Shown here piece after piece: positions 35,294 to 47,424 of a stretch of DNA of 64,000 nucleotides (position 1 is its first letter; every line of letters starts with the position of its first letter). The position numbers and the translations under genes are program-made. The stretch comes from Leucoraja erinacea (lineage: Eukaryota). The notes under the pieces are model-generated. The model made no database searches. It had not been told where the DNA came from and saw only the letters and a list, made by a program, of their open reading frames with translations. The stretch is from NCBI RefSeq assembly GCF_028641065.1, contig NC_073387.1:32922001-32986000 (forward strand), in the 5' to 3' direction.

Positions 35294-37860
35294 TGTAGTG
35301 TATATAATGATAACTGTAACTTTAAGAACAGAGTACTATAATGGTATGGTTTGTGTCATGTGATATATTCTTTATCTTAGCAGTCTCGTGATGTGCGAGT
35401 ATGCACATGTACTTTTGTAAAATAAAGACCCACACTGGCAACAGTGTGTACAGATAAACTGTGCTTGTTTCTATCTAAATGCTGAAGCCATAATATCTTA
35501 CAATGGCAACAAGGATTGGATAAAGTTTGTGAACTCAACCTTTAAGTACAGTGCAGGACTGTTTTGCAATATGCAGTATTGTTTAACATTTTAAGCAGCA
35601 AATATGTAGCTGTGTCGCAATTGTTTGCCAACTAGACACGATAGGCTGCAGATCCTTTTATGCATGGGACTGTAGTTTGAAATGTCTAGAGTTTGTCAGG
35701 TTATCTTTGTGTTGTGTCTACAGGACAAGATGGTGTCCTTGGGATGCATGGCCGACTAGGAACTTTCGAGAAGAACTGTGAAACCTTTACCTCGTACTGT
35801 GAGCGAATGGAAATGTGTTTTATTGCAAATTACATTATTGAAGCTGAAGAAACAGAGGATGATGATCAAGTGCAGGTAAGAGCACAAAACAAGGCCATCC
35901 AGGACTGGAAGAAAACCATTCTATTAACTAAAATTGGTCCTGAAGTTTATAAAACTCTCACCAACATCCTAGCCCCAGAGAAAGCAAGGAATGTTTCATT
36001 TGAGACTGTTCTTTCAAATCTTTCTTTCAAATCTTGATGCTCACTTCAACCATAAACCCATTGAGATTGCAGAAAGTTAAAAATTTCACACAAAAAAACA
36101 GGTCTGGTGAGAATGTGGGCGAGTACATTATCTCATTGAAGAAGTTGTCTCTACACTGCAATTTTGCGACATTTCTGAACCGAACTTTGCGTGATAGATT
36201 TATATGTGGAATGCTGGATTTGCAAATCCAATCAAAATTACTGAACACAACAGCCCTTACCTTTGATTTGGCATGTAAAACTGTTTTAGCCATGGAGATG
36301 GCATGTCAAAGTGCACATCAGTTTCGACCAACACATGCTGGCACAGTCAAAAGTCAAAAGGCAGTTCCAAAACACAAGCATGACAAGACAGGGAAATGGC
36401 CTTCACTGCAAAGTTATGGGAAAAGCGCAGATATGTTCCATCGATGCAATAGTCAACACAAAGCAAATAAGTTCAAGGACTAAGTGCTACAATTGTCAAA
36501 AGAAAGGCCATGTTGCACCAACATGTAGAGTGCCATCACAGGACAAAGCAAAACAAAAGGCTTGACAAAATCAAATGTGTAGGATTCACAACCTCGAACA
36601 GTCAGAGAGTAATGAACTTGGACTGTACAGCATCTATACTATGAACGGTGGGCCTGGAAACAAAGACTTTTGGACAAAAATCAAAGTGAACAATTAATAT
36701 ATTTCTGTGTATTGATACCGCTGCTGATTCCACAATTATAAGCAAAGACACCTATGAATCCAAGTTCAGCAATCACAGAAACAAACGTACTCTGGAGAAG
36801 TATTGGAGGCATGTGGAGAGATAGTTTATGATGTACAACACAAAGGCAAGATTTTGAAGTTGCCAATAGTTGTCGCAAGTTATGTCAATAGGCCAACGTT
36901 GAAGGGTAAAAATTGGCTCCGCTTAGTGAAACTGGACTAGAAATCTGTGTTCCAAGTCAAAGTGCAAACACAACTGGATCAGATGTTGCAGAAATATCAT
37001 GCTATGTTCAATGACAGCTACGATGGCATAAAGAGTGAGCAAGCACACGTCAGGATTCAACCCGATGTGAAACCTGTCTACTGTGGACCGCGACCAGTGC
37101 TGAAATCAAAAAGTTGGAACAAAACGGTGTACTGGTTAGAACAGATCGCAGTAATTTGGCTACTCCAATAGTAGTGTTTCCGAAAGCAGACAACACAGTG
37201 AGATTGTGTGGAGACTACAAAATGACCATCAATCATGCAGTAGATGATGAACAATACCCACTACCAACCTCACAAGATTTATACGCTGAACTTGCTGGTT
37301 CCAAGGTATTCTTTAAGTTAGATCTGTCACATGCATATGCTCAGCTAAATGTTGATCATAAGATCCAGCAGTACCTTACAATAAACACACACATGGGGCT
37401 GTATTCCCTATAAAAAACTACCCTATGGTGTGAAGTCAGCATCAAAAATCTTCCAAGCTACAATGGATAAGATTCTGCAAGGAGCATCACATTGTTTGAG
37501 CAATCAAGATGACTGTTACTGAGGTGGAGAATCTGGAGATATTGAAGTGTTGAAATGGCTTCATGATCACAATATAAAGTTGAAAAGAAGCTAATTTGCA
37601 GTCTTACAGAGCAAAGTAGTGTATCTTGCTTTGTAAGTGGATCAACATGGTCTACAATCAGTGAAGGAAAAGATTGAAGCTATAGTAAACGCACCAGCAT
37701 CACAGAATGTGTCTCAACTCCGCTCCTTCCTAGATATGGATGCTACAGTATTACTCACGCTTCTTACCTGTGTTAGCAACAAAGCTAGCTCCTCTTCACA
37801 AGTTGTTGAAAAAGGATCAAAAATGGGAATGGTCCAAGGAGCAACAAAATGCTAATGTTT
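35294..37860 (+). mobile_element. Gypsy LTR retrotransposon (Mag-like), decayed: 5' LTR, gag, protease, RT; no integrase or 3' LTR
   Basis: Candidate LTR TGTA(35294)...TACA(35502) with AATAAA, then PBS-like TGGCAACAAGGAT. Gag LRDRFICG and CCHC knuckle CYNCQKKGHVAPTC; protease IDTAA; RT TPIVVFPKADNTVRLCGDYKMTIN...YPLP...KLDLSHAYAQL. Confidence 0.9.
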
Positions 37861-37899
37861 AAGAAAGAATTGTTATTTCTTAAACATTTTGTCTACTCC

Positions 37900-39250
37900 A
37901 CTGTGAAATCTCCTCAAGGTATGCCTACCTTGAAGAGGTTCTCCTCCTCTCTCCGAAGACAGTTTAGCAACCTCCTCTCACTGCCACCCCCCTCCTCTGT
38001 GGTTCCCCCTTCCCTCCAACTCTGGGACCACATCTTAACCCAGACCCGTTACCTCAACTACGTTTGCTTTCACGGGACGTGCCTGCGCCTCCATCTTATA
38101 CCTCATGGTTTCCAGTCCAGTTCCCGACCTCCCAGTTTGGACCCAACCCGGACAATAGATACCAGCAGGCTATCTGCTGCCTTGCACGGCAGTTCTCCTT
38201 CTGTGCCCTGTGATCTACTCTGGCCGCGATGCGCCGGCACCAGCACCAGCTTTGACTCTTCAGAAACTACAGGCCTCACTCACCCAGACATGCAACGGAT
38301 CCCAACTCTAATTCATCCAACAGCAGATCCATGCCTTCAACAAATGATTCCTTGCACACTTGGACTCCACCAAGGATCGTAAACTTGCCTGCCTCCAGAC
38401 CGCTCCTGCCACCGACACTCCTCGACTGGACCGCCTGCAGGCCCCAGGCCCCAACGCTGGTCCGTGCCACCTGCCCGAACTCCACCAGGCCCAGCCCCGC
38501 GACGCCATCTTTCTCACGAGGACTAGCACCAGCACTCACCGCATCCCTGACTGATCTCAGGCCCTGACCACCGAGTATGCCGACGTCCACGTGGCCACTG
38601 CTGCCGACCTTCGCCTGCCCACTGATGACACTGAATCTCGCTGCCTCACCGGGACCTCCGACCCTTGCCACCTCACCGGGACTGCCGAACCTCGCTGCCT
38701 CACCGATACCTCCAACTATCGCCGCCTCATTGGGACCGCCGACCCTCGCCGTCTTACCGGCCATCCGCTGACCAGGTCTTCCAACGCTTCGCCCACTGAC
38801 CTGGACTCCACTCCACGCGGGCCTCCCCCATTGACTCTACCGACTCTCGCCACTCTACCGCCCACCAGCAGGCCGCAGCCGTCGCCTAACCTGAGTCCCA
38901 GGCTCAGCCCCGGGCCTGAAGTCTCCACGCTGCAGACTCTCACACCACGGGGTCTGACTGCGCTAGGTCCTAGTGCACCCCCCCCACCCTAACACAGGGA
39001 ACTTCAGTGGTTGTTCCACTGGGTCTTCCCCTTTCCCCTTAAACCATGTGACACCAGCTCCTCCCCACCCACACTATAATCCTCATACCCCTCTCCTTCC
39101 TGACCACCCACCACCTACCTACCAGACATCGCCTCAGCCTCCGTCCATTCAACTGCCTTCCTCCGGCCCCAACCCCCATCATTGCCGCGTGTTCACCATC
39201 CCACCTGACCTCCCCCTCTCTGATACCAAACGGTCTGTCCTCAACAGAGG
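37900..39250 (+). mobile_element. Penelope-like element, N-terminal ORF region
   Basis: FHGTCLRLHLIPHGFQ and RVFTIPPDLPLSDTKRSVLNRG, typical of the pre-RT region of fish/shark GIY-YIG PLEs; Pro-rich linker. Confidence 0.7.
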
Positions 39251-39399
39251 GATACAACCTGGTAAAATCATATTGCAGACCTCTCCTCGGCAGAACACAA
39301 GTGTCGGCACATTTCTGGCACCGACATCATATATATGAATTGTCAGTGTTTTGTGATTGATTTGACAGTTGAAATTATGATTGTGAAGCAATATTTGAT

Positions 39400-39670
39400 G
39401 TTTGGTTTAGAGATACAGGCTCTTCAATTCATTGAGTCCACGCTGACCATTCACAAACTAGTTCTACACAATCCTTACTCATTTGGGGCAATTGAGAGAG
39501 GCGAATTAACTGTTTTTTGGATGTGGGAGGAAACTGAAACACCCAAAGGAAACCCATGCGGTCACAGAGAGAACACGCTGACTCCACACAGACAGCACCA
39601 GAGATCAGGATTAAACCCAAGTCTCTGTTGCTGTGAGGCAGCAACTCTATTGCCACTCCATTGTGCAGAC
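39400..39670 (-). mobile_element. V-SINE (HE1-like)
   Basis: Reverse complement of the V-domain (tttggatgtgggaggaaactg...gagaac...actccacacagacagcacc) and a tRNA-like head. Confidence 0.75.
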
Positions 39671-41448
39671 CTTAAAATTAAAAATAAAGGCAGCTGTTTA
39701 CTTCTCGTCTTCATCTTCAATATTGTTTTGTTACGAAGGGTTTTGCGTTTTTTTAATCTGTCACTGATTGCACAAAAAAAAATCTAATAAAATTGCTCAT
39801 GGGAAGTAAATGAGGGCTGGGTCTGAGTTCAGGTGTGCATTCCTAGTAGACTAATCAGAGTGGGTGTGCCTGGAAGCGGCTATTACATTACCAGATGGTC
39901 TAGGTGAAACCTAATGAATTCTTAAATTCCTTTTAGCTTAACAAAGAAGGCACAGGAGATGGGGTTCATAGTCACAAACAATGATGCAATCGGAGCAGAA
40001 CAAAATAATTAATTTATCCATTATACATTGTTCAGCTGCGTATAGAATTACTTATCTACTTATTCCCAACTTTCTCTCCCAGATCGTAAAATTCCTTCCA
40101 CGCATTCCTCTGGTTTTCTTTTGGAGAGTTATGTCTGGTACCAGCACCCTACAATATCTCCCAGGTAACCAATCATACGCGCTTAAATCCAACACAAACT
40201 TTCACTCTTGCTCCATAAATTTTTAATTTTGATTAGTGACTCATTTCCACCAATAACGAAACATTGTGACAATCAGAAAATGTTTCCATTAAAACGCACT
40301 TGTTTTATAAATAATTCAACATCTACATTCCAATCAACATATCTCAAAGTTCGTCCTGTACTTTATCCAGTGCGGGTTACCTAAACTTTGTTATTGTTAA
40401 TTAATCAGCGCAGTTAGTACAGTTAAACGAGAATTGGATTTCAATGAGAGTTAATGAAAATGCTAATAGTGGCATTGTTGTGAGAGATAAGTGGTCAAAA
40501 GAGGTGTTGGTGAGGTGATAAACGCCGAGGAAAGAGAAAAGCAATGGGTCTGCGCTGGGATTGTCACCCTTCCAGCAGTTGACCCATCACTGGCCGAAGC
40601 CAAAGAATTTCACACATTGAGAAACTGTTTTATGTTGCCAAATCGTCAGAGATAACAGCGTGCATTGCGTGTGCTACGTGACAATACCACACAGATTTTT
40701 TTTCCTAGAAAGGGAAGCAACTTTGTTTGAATTTAACTATTTAAATGAACTGCCAGCGCACCAATAAAATCGTTGTATGTTAACGTTATCAGAGATTATG
40801 GAAAACAAAATTTAAATGAACATTAATTGTATGTATTACATAGCAAAACTACTACCAAAACAAAATAAATAAATAACGCAAAACAGCATCCTTGGAATTC
40901 CTTAAGTATATTCCCAGTCCCTTCTTCATCCACACATTGTATTTTGGGAATATGTGATTCATTGTTGTGAGCGTGGCTTCCTTTACTCCTTTTGGTCTCT
41001 CCAGTGCTTCCCCTTCCCACTCCCTTTGAGTTGGCAGACAGCCATAGAATCGTCGAGGTGCATTTAAAAAAAAATTAGTCCAATCAAAATCAAGTAGGGA
41101 TTTGCAACCCATTGTTTGAAAGGTAGTGGAGGTCGAAATCTTCATCATCATCATCATATGGCTACATGGTGAGCACTTGATCATCCCTGACCCACCGGTT
41201 GCAGTTGTTAAATTGGTGTAATGTAAATAGGTTTATTTTTAACCAACTTGGATGGGATGGGCTCAGTGATGTCGTGAGCTATAAATCCTTGTAATTCTAT
41301 GAACAGAAAACATGTTATTTTTCAGCAATCTTACCATTGCTATTAACTGCACTCCCTTCTCCACCCATTACAGATTGGACCACACTTTACAGCCTCAGAG
41401 AAGTTTCCCTTCAGGAGTTGAGCCACATTCCAAACAACAAAATATTTT

Positions 41449-41810
41449 CAGGGCTGCCAACTCTCACGCTTTGAGCATGAGAATCACGCATTTGAACAAA
41501 TTCTCATGCTCTCACACTGATCACAAATCTCCCACGCTCTGTATGGGCTGCGGGTGTTGGAGAGCCAGGGCTGAGGGAAGGATGGAAGCAGAACCAGTGG
41601 TGGGGACAGATGCGAGGAGCTGGGGCTAGCGAGTGTTTGTGGGGCTGGCGAGTGTTTGCCGGGCTGGCGAGTGTTTACTGGGCTGACGAGTCGTTCGCTG
41701 CAGCTCCGGCCATGGAGCAGCTTCAGTGCAAGAGTCCCGGGACGTCGGAAGCATTGCGCCGCTGCTGTGAGAGTCTCTGTGCCGATTCGGCACAGAGACT
41801 ATCATAGGGA
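41449..41810. mobile_element. Probable hAT-type non-autonomous element, left end
   Basis: Terminus CAGGGCTGCCAACTCTCACGC with subterminal ctcacgc repeats. Right TIR not found. Confidence 0.4.
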
Positions 41811-42680
41811 GGGGGAGGGAGAGAGGGGAAGGAGAGAGGGGAAGGAGAGAGGGGGGGGGGAAGGGGGAAGAGAGAAGAGAGGGGGGGAGAGGGGAGAGAG
41901 AGGGAGAGATAGAGAGAAGGGAGAGAGAGAGAGGGGGGGGAGGAGAGGAGGGAGCGGGGGAAGAGAGAAGAGAAGAGAAGAGAAGAGTGGAGAGAGGGGA
42001 GGGAGGAGAGAGGAGTGAGAGGGGGAAGGGAGAGAGAGGGAAGGAAGAGAGAGGGGGTGGAGAGGGAGGAGAGAAAGGGAGAGGGAGGAGGAGAGAGGGC
42101 AGNNNNNNNNNNNNNNNNNNNNNNNNNNNNNNNNNNNNNNNNNNNNNNNNNNNNNNNNNNNNNNNNNNNNNNNNNNNNNNNNNNNNNNNNNNNNNNNNNN
42201 NNNNNNNNNNNNNNNNNNNNNNNNNNNNNNNNNNNNNNNNNNNNNNNNNNNNNNNNNNNNNNNNNNNNNNNAGAAAGGGAAAGGGAGGGAGAGAGAGAGT
42301 TAGGGGAGAGAGGGTTAGGGGAAAGAGAGAGGAGGAGAGGGGAGGGGGGAAAGAGAGGAGAGGGGGTGAGAGAGAGAGAGGGAGTGAGGTGAGAGGGGAG
42401 GGAGATGTGAGAGGGGGAGAGAGAGGGGGAGAGACGGGGCTGAGACAAGTGAGAGGGAAGGGGAGAGAGGGGGGAGACAGGGGAGAGAGATGGGGTGAGA
42501 GGAGAGAGAGGGAGAGACATAGGGGGAGGGGGAGAGAGAGAGGGGAGGAGGAGGAGAGGGGGGAGAGAGAGGGGGAGGGAGAGGGGGAGGGGGAGGGAGA
42601 GAGAGGAGGGGGGAGAGAGGAGTGCAGAGAGAGAGGAGGTCAGAGAGGAGTGCAGAGAGAGGAGGACAGAGAGGAGCGAG
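41806..42680. repeat. Polypurine (G/A) low-complexity tract containing a 169-N assembly gap (42103-42271)
   Basis: Directly visible. Confidence 0.95.
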
Positions 42681-43069
42681 TTGTCCGTGATGTCTGGATC
42701 CCAATGCACAGCGCTTCATGTTTTGGAGTTGGCCTTTTTTATGGATATGTGATGCATCTGATCAGGTTACTTCAACAAATATGCTGCCTGACCCGCTGCT
42801 TAACTCCAGCATTTTGTGGAGGGTTTTTGTAAGCCAGTATATGCAGTTCCTTGTGTCTACATCATTTTTACTGCACCATTCAATCAGATTTTCAAACTCC
42901 CTCCTGTACTCTGATTAATCATTGCAGTTATTCGGCCAACAACGGTTGTTTCTTAGGTGAATTTTAAGATTGCAATGCAGCTGTGTGTGGATACACAGTC
43001 CTGTGTGTAGAGAGAGTAGAGCAGGGGACTGAGCACATAGCCTTGTGGTGCTCCTGTGTTGATTGGCAT

Positions 43070-44040
43070 ATAGGTGGTGTAAATGACAAAAGCCAGAGAT
43101 GAAAAGGAGACAAAAGGTGTCAGATAAGGAGAGAAGTGGAGTGAGATGTAAACTAGAGCGTGGGACGTATATGGAAGGGGACAGGGAGATGGAGAAAGAG
43201 AGGCAGGAGAGTGAGAGAAATGGATGAGCATGGAAGTGGGGGCATGGGATAGAGAGAGGAGGATGGGGGAGTTGTTCCTTCAAATTGGAGAATTCAATGT
43301 TCACGCCATTAGGTATTAAGCTACCTAGGTGGAATATGAGGTGCTCTTCCTCCAGTTTGTGTATTGCTCCACTCTGGCAATGGAGAAGGCACAAGACAGA
43401 AAGGTCAGTATGGGACGGGGAGTTAAAATGGTTAGCAACCAGAAGATTCAGCAGGCTTTGGCGGACAGAGCACGGGTGGTAGGCAAAACTGTTGCCTTGT
43501 CTACATTTGGTCTCACTGATGTGAAAAGGCCACATCGGGTGCACCAAATGCAGTGGACAAGATTTGAAGAGGTGCATGTGAACCTCTGTCTTACCCGGAA
43601 GGGCTGCTGAGGTCCCTGGGTGGGTTTGAGGGAGGAGATATAGGGACAAGCGTTAAATCTATTGTAGTTGCAGGGGAAATTACCTGGGGAGGGGGTGAGT
43701 TGTGTATGAAGGGATGAGTGAACTAAGGAGGGAATGGTCTCTGCGGGAAGGTGCGGGGATGTGCGTGGTGGTTGGATCACATTGAAGATAGCAGAAACCC
43801 CTGAGAATGATGTGTTAGATGCGGAGGCTGATGGGGTGAAAGGTGAGGACCAGTGGAACTCTACCCTTGTTTTGGCTGGGGGAGGGGGGATGAGAGCAGA
43901 CCTGCAGGACACAGAGGAGACAGGGGGAGGAATCCATTCATAACAGCATGGGGAAAATCCCACTTACTAAAGAAAGAGGACATCTTGGATGTCCAAGAGT
44001 AGAAAGTTTATCTTGGGAGCAGATTTGGCAACAGAGAGAA
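43070..44040 (-). mobile_element. Penelope-like element: RT end, GIY-YIG endonuclease, 3' region
   Basis: RVPLVL.F.P, FTCTSSNLVHCIWCTRCGL, ETKCR, VANHFNSPSH, KLEEEHLIFHLGSL.PNG.NIEFSN. Confidence 0.88.
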
Positions 44041-44049
44041 TGAAAGTAA

Positions 44050-44420
44050 GTAGACAAAAATTCTGGATAAACTCAGCGGGTGAGGGAGCAAAGGAATACG
44101 TGACGTTTTGGCTCAAGACCTTTCTTCAGACTGATGTGGGGGTGGGTTGGGGGGCGCTGAAAGAAGAAAGGAAGAGGCAGAGACAGTAGGCTGTGGGAGA
44201 GCTGTGGAGGGGAGGGGAAGGAGGGAGAAAGCAAGGTCTACCTGAAATTGGAGAAGTCTATGTTCATACTGCTGGGGTGTAAACTGCCCAAGTGAAATAT
44301 GAGGTGCTGCTCCTCCAATTTGCGGTGGGACTCACTCTGGCCATGGAGGAGGCTCAGGACAGAAAGGTCGGATTCGGAATGGGAGGGGTAGTTGAAGTGC
44401 TGAGCCACCGGGAGATTGAA
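44050..44420 (-). mobile_element. Second PLE 3' end (pLTR-like) with hammerhead-like core at ~44100-44130
   Basis: PVAQHFNYPSHS...RKLEEQHLIFHLGSLHPSSMNIDFSNFR, then ctgaagaaaggtcttgagccaaaacgtc. Confidence 0.85.
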
Positions 44421-45612
44421 AGTAAGTGCTGGCATCCTTGCGCTAGGCAAGGTGGGAGGAGGTCCAGTCAGAGATACCTTGGGAGTCAGTGGGTTTGCAG
44501 TAGACATCAGTCGATAGTCTGAAGATAGACACAAAAAGCTGTAGTAACTCAGCGGGACAGCAGCATCTCTGGAGAGTAGGAATGGGTGACGCTTCGGGTC
44601 GAGACCCTTCTTCAGTCCACAGTCTGTCTTCTGTAATGGTGACAGAGGGATCGAGAAAGAGGAGAGAGGTGTCAGAGATAGTCCAAGTGAATTGAGAGTA
44701 GAGTGGAAGTTAATAGTACAGTTAAATAGTAAAGTTAATGAACATGAATGAAATCAATAAGTTCTGCAAGGATGCAGGAGGCAGCCCTGATGCAGTTGTT
44801 GATTTAGTGGAGAAAGATTTGGGGAATGGTGTCAGGGAATGTTTGAAAAAACGACTGTTTCATGTAATCAAGAAAAGAATGGGCATAGCTGGAGCCCAAG
44901 CAAGTACCACGACTACACCTTTGACTTGAAGATAGTGAGAGGAGTAAGAAGAGATGTTGTTGATGGTGAGGCCAAGTTCAGCAAGGCAGAGGAGAGTGTT
45001 AGTGGAGGGAAACTGATTGGGTGTCTGTTCATGGAAGAACCAGAGGGCCTTGAGACCTTCATGGTGTGGAATTGAGGTGTCAAGGAAGAAACAGAGGGGC
45101 CTGAGACCTGCCAGGTGGGGATTGGTGGTGGAACTGCTGGCGCAACATAAATCGTCTTCAATTCTCCACTCTCCTTACCCATTCCAATCTCACCCCCTCT
45201 GTACGCGCAGCCCTCCACCCACTCAACGGCAAGCCCAATACTGTCATTGTATCTGGTGGGCTGACCTCCCACATGCTGAGGCCAGTCTTCAGCTCTCGAC
45301 CACCCTTTGACCATGATGCCAACACCAAGTCACCATCTCCCAGACCATTACAAATATCGTCGCCTTTAACAATCACCCCTCCATTGCTTCCAACTTTATA
45401 ATTTCTCAACCCTGTACTGCCCATTCTCATTTTTCCAAAATTCACAAGCAGTACTACCCAGGCAGACCCACTGTTTCTGCCTGCTACTGTTCCACTGAAC
45501 ACATCTCCAAATACCTCAATTCCATCTTGTCCCCTCTTGAACAGTCCCTTCCAACCTACATGTGATACATCTCGCACACCCTTCAACACTTCAATAACTT
45601 TCAATTCCTAAA
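44420..45612. mobile_element. PLE reverse transcriptase, partly inverted (44420-45095 minus; 45150-45612 plus)
   Basis: Minus: TSIPHHEGLKAL...TLL.LAEL.LT.NN and STDVYCKPTDS..YL. Plus: PKIHK..PGRP.VSAC.C.TE.ISKYL.SILSPL.QSLPTY. Confidence 0.8.
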
Positions 45613-45614
45613 TT

Positions 45615-46660
45615 CCTCTCCACATCACTGTCCCACCAATGAATATCAATTCATGGATCGCACACCCTTCAACACTTCAATAACTTTCAATTCCTAAATT
45701 CCTCTCCGCATCACTGTCCCACCAATGAATATCAATTCATGGATCTTTGGCTTTCTTCCCCTGAAGTCACCAATCAGCTCCTTGGTCTTGCTAATGTTGA
45801 AAACAAGATTGCTTTTCTGGCACCATTCAATCAAATTTTTGATATCCCTCCTGAACTCTAACTCAGTGATTCCCAACCTGGGGCCATGGCAAATTTCAGG
45901 GGGGCCACGGAAACATTTTGGTATTTAGGGGGCCACAGGTTCAATGAAGGGGGCCACAGAGCTACCACCCTGTTGCCTCCTAAATTTCAGTTCTAATAAA
46001 TTTAAAATCTATGTAGTTGAAATATATTTTTGATGTTTAACAATAGAAGCAAAAGAGAATATATGTGCAATTTCTAGTCACTGATAACACATAATCTCCC
46101 CTAGGTATTATATACCTGCGCTCAGACCATACTGTTTTTCCCTTCCCATCCAATAATGTCAATTTATTTTTAAATGAAAAAACGAAAAGATCCCAAGGGG
46201 GCATGAGCTCAAAAAACACAGGGAACCTCTGCTAAAACTCATCATTACTGTTATTCATCAAACAACAGTGGTTTCATTGGTGAACTTAAGGCTGGCTTTG
46301 CAACTATGTCTGGAAACACAATCATGGATATAGAGACAGTCGAGCAGGGGACTGAACACACTGCCTTGAATGGCCCTGTGATGATGGTTGTCGAGAGGGA
46401 AGTGCTATTGCCAATTCGTATTGATTGCCGGTAAGTAAGTAGAGTATCTAGTCACATAGGGAAGAGAGAAGTCCCAATTCTCTGAGTTTGATAAGTTTGG
46501 AGGGAATGATGGTATTGTACACCAACCTGTGGTCAATGTACAACAGCGTGATGTACGTATTCTTATTGCTCATGTGGTCTAGTGTGGAATGGAGAGCCAG
46601 CAAGGTTGCATCCCCTATTGGTCTAGTGTGGCAGGAGGCAAATTGTAATGGGTACAGATC
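45615..46660 (-). mobile_element. Rex-Babar LINE fragment interrupted by a hAT MITE
   Basis: EWCQKSNLVFNISKTKELIGDFR; the sequence resumes after 46231 (KF.NETTVV, QGSVFSPLL). Confidence 0.7.
45864..46231. mobile_element. hAT-Charlie-type MITE
   Basis: TIRs CAGTGATTCCCAA / GGGAACCTCTG; 8-bp flanks ctctaact / ctaaaact (6 of 8 match). Confidence 0.7.
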
Positions 46661-47179
46661 ATGAAGTTAATGTTGTACGGGGAAAGTTGGTTTGCATGAT
46701 GGACTGATTTATGTTCACAACTGTGCAATTTCTTGCGGTCCTACCCAGAGCACTTGTGATGCACCATAATAGGATGCTTTTTAGCATGCATCTAGCGAAG
46801 TTATGTTTGGTATGATCGGCTAGCTTAAATTAGTTGCAGTTTGGTAAAGCATTGCTGATGGATTTAATCTTGATACATCTTCATTATTATCTTGTAAAAG
46901 AACTTAGCTTTCCTGTTTTAATTCAATGCTCTCAAACGGAAATGTTGTTGTTTAAGAGAAAAAACATGATAGCAAACAGGCTCCACCTAGTGGCCGTTAT
47001 GCAGAATTGCGAGAGGAATGGCACACACAGCTGCTTTTAGTACGCCACATTTCTCTGGAATTCTGGCAAACGCAGAATTCCTGGGATTCTGGCAAAAGCT
47101 AGCTGGAGAATTCCTTCAGAAATTGCTGATGTGTTAGCATTCAGTGTATAGGTCCCATATGAAATGACACCGACTATAG

Positions 47180-47385
47180 ATGTTTAAGAAGGAACTGCAG
47201 ATGCTGAAAAATCGAAGATAGACAAAAATGCTGGAGAAACTCAGCGGGTGAGGCAGCATCTATGGAGCGAAGGAAATAGGCAATGTTTCGGGTCAAAATT
47301 CTTCTTCAACATTGACTTAGCTCCATAGATGCTGCCTCACCCGCTGAGTTTCTCCAGCATTTTTGTCTGCCTCCGACTCCATAGA
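47180..47385. mobile_element. Palindromic PLE-derived short element
   Basis: Inverted arms agacaaaaatgctggagaaactcagcgggtgaggcagcatctatggagc / gctccatagatgctgcctcacccgctgagtttctccagcatttttgtct. Confidence 0.75.
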
Positions 47386-47424
47386 TGTTCCTATTCATGC
47401 AACAATCCAGCATGGGATCGAAAG

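Noticed and set aside
41656-42832. Long ORFs of 120-328 aa
   Set aside because: Translations of a G/A low-complexity tract spanning an N gap.
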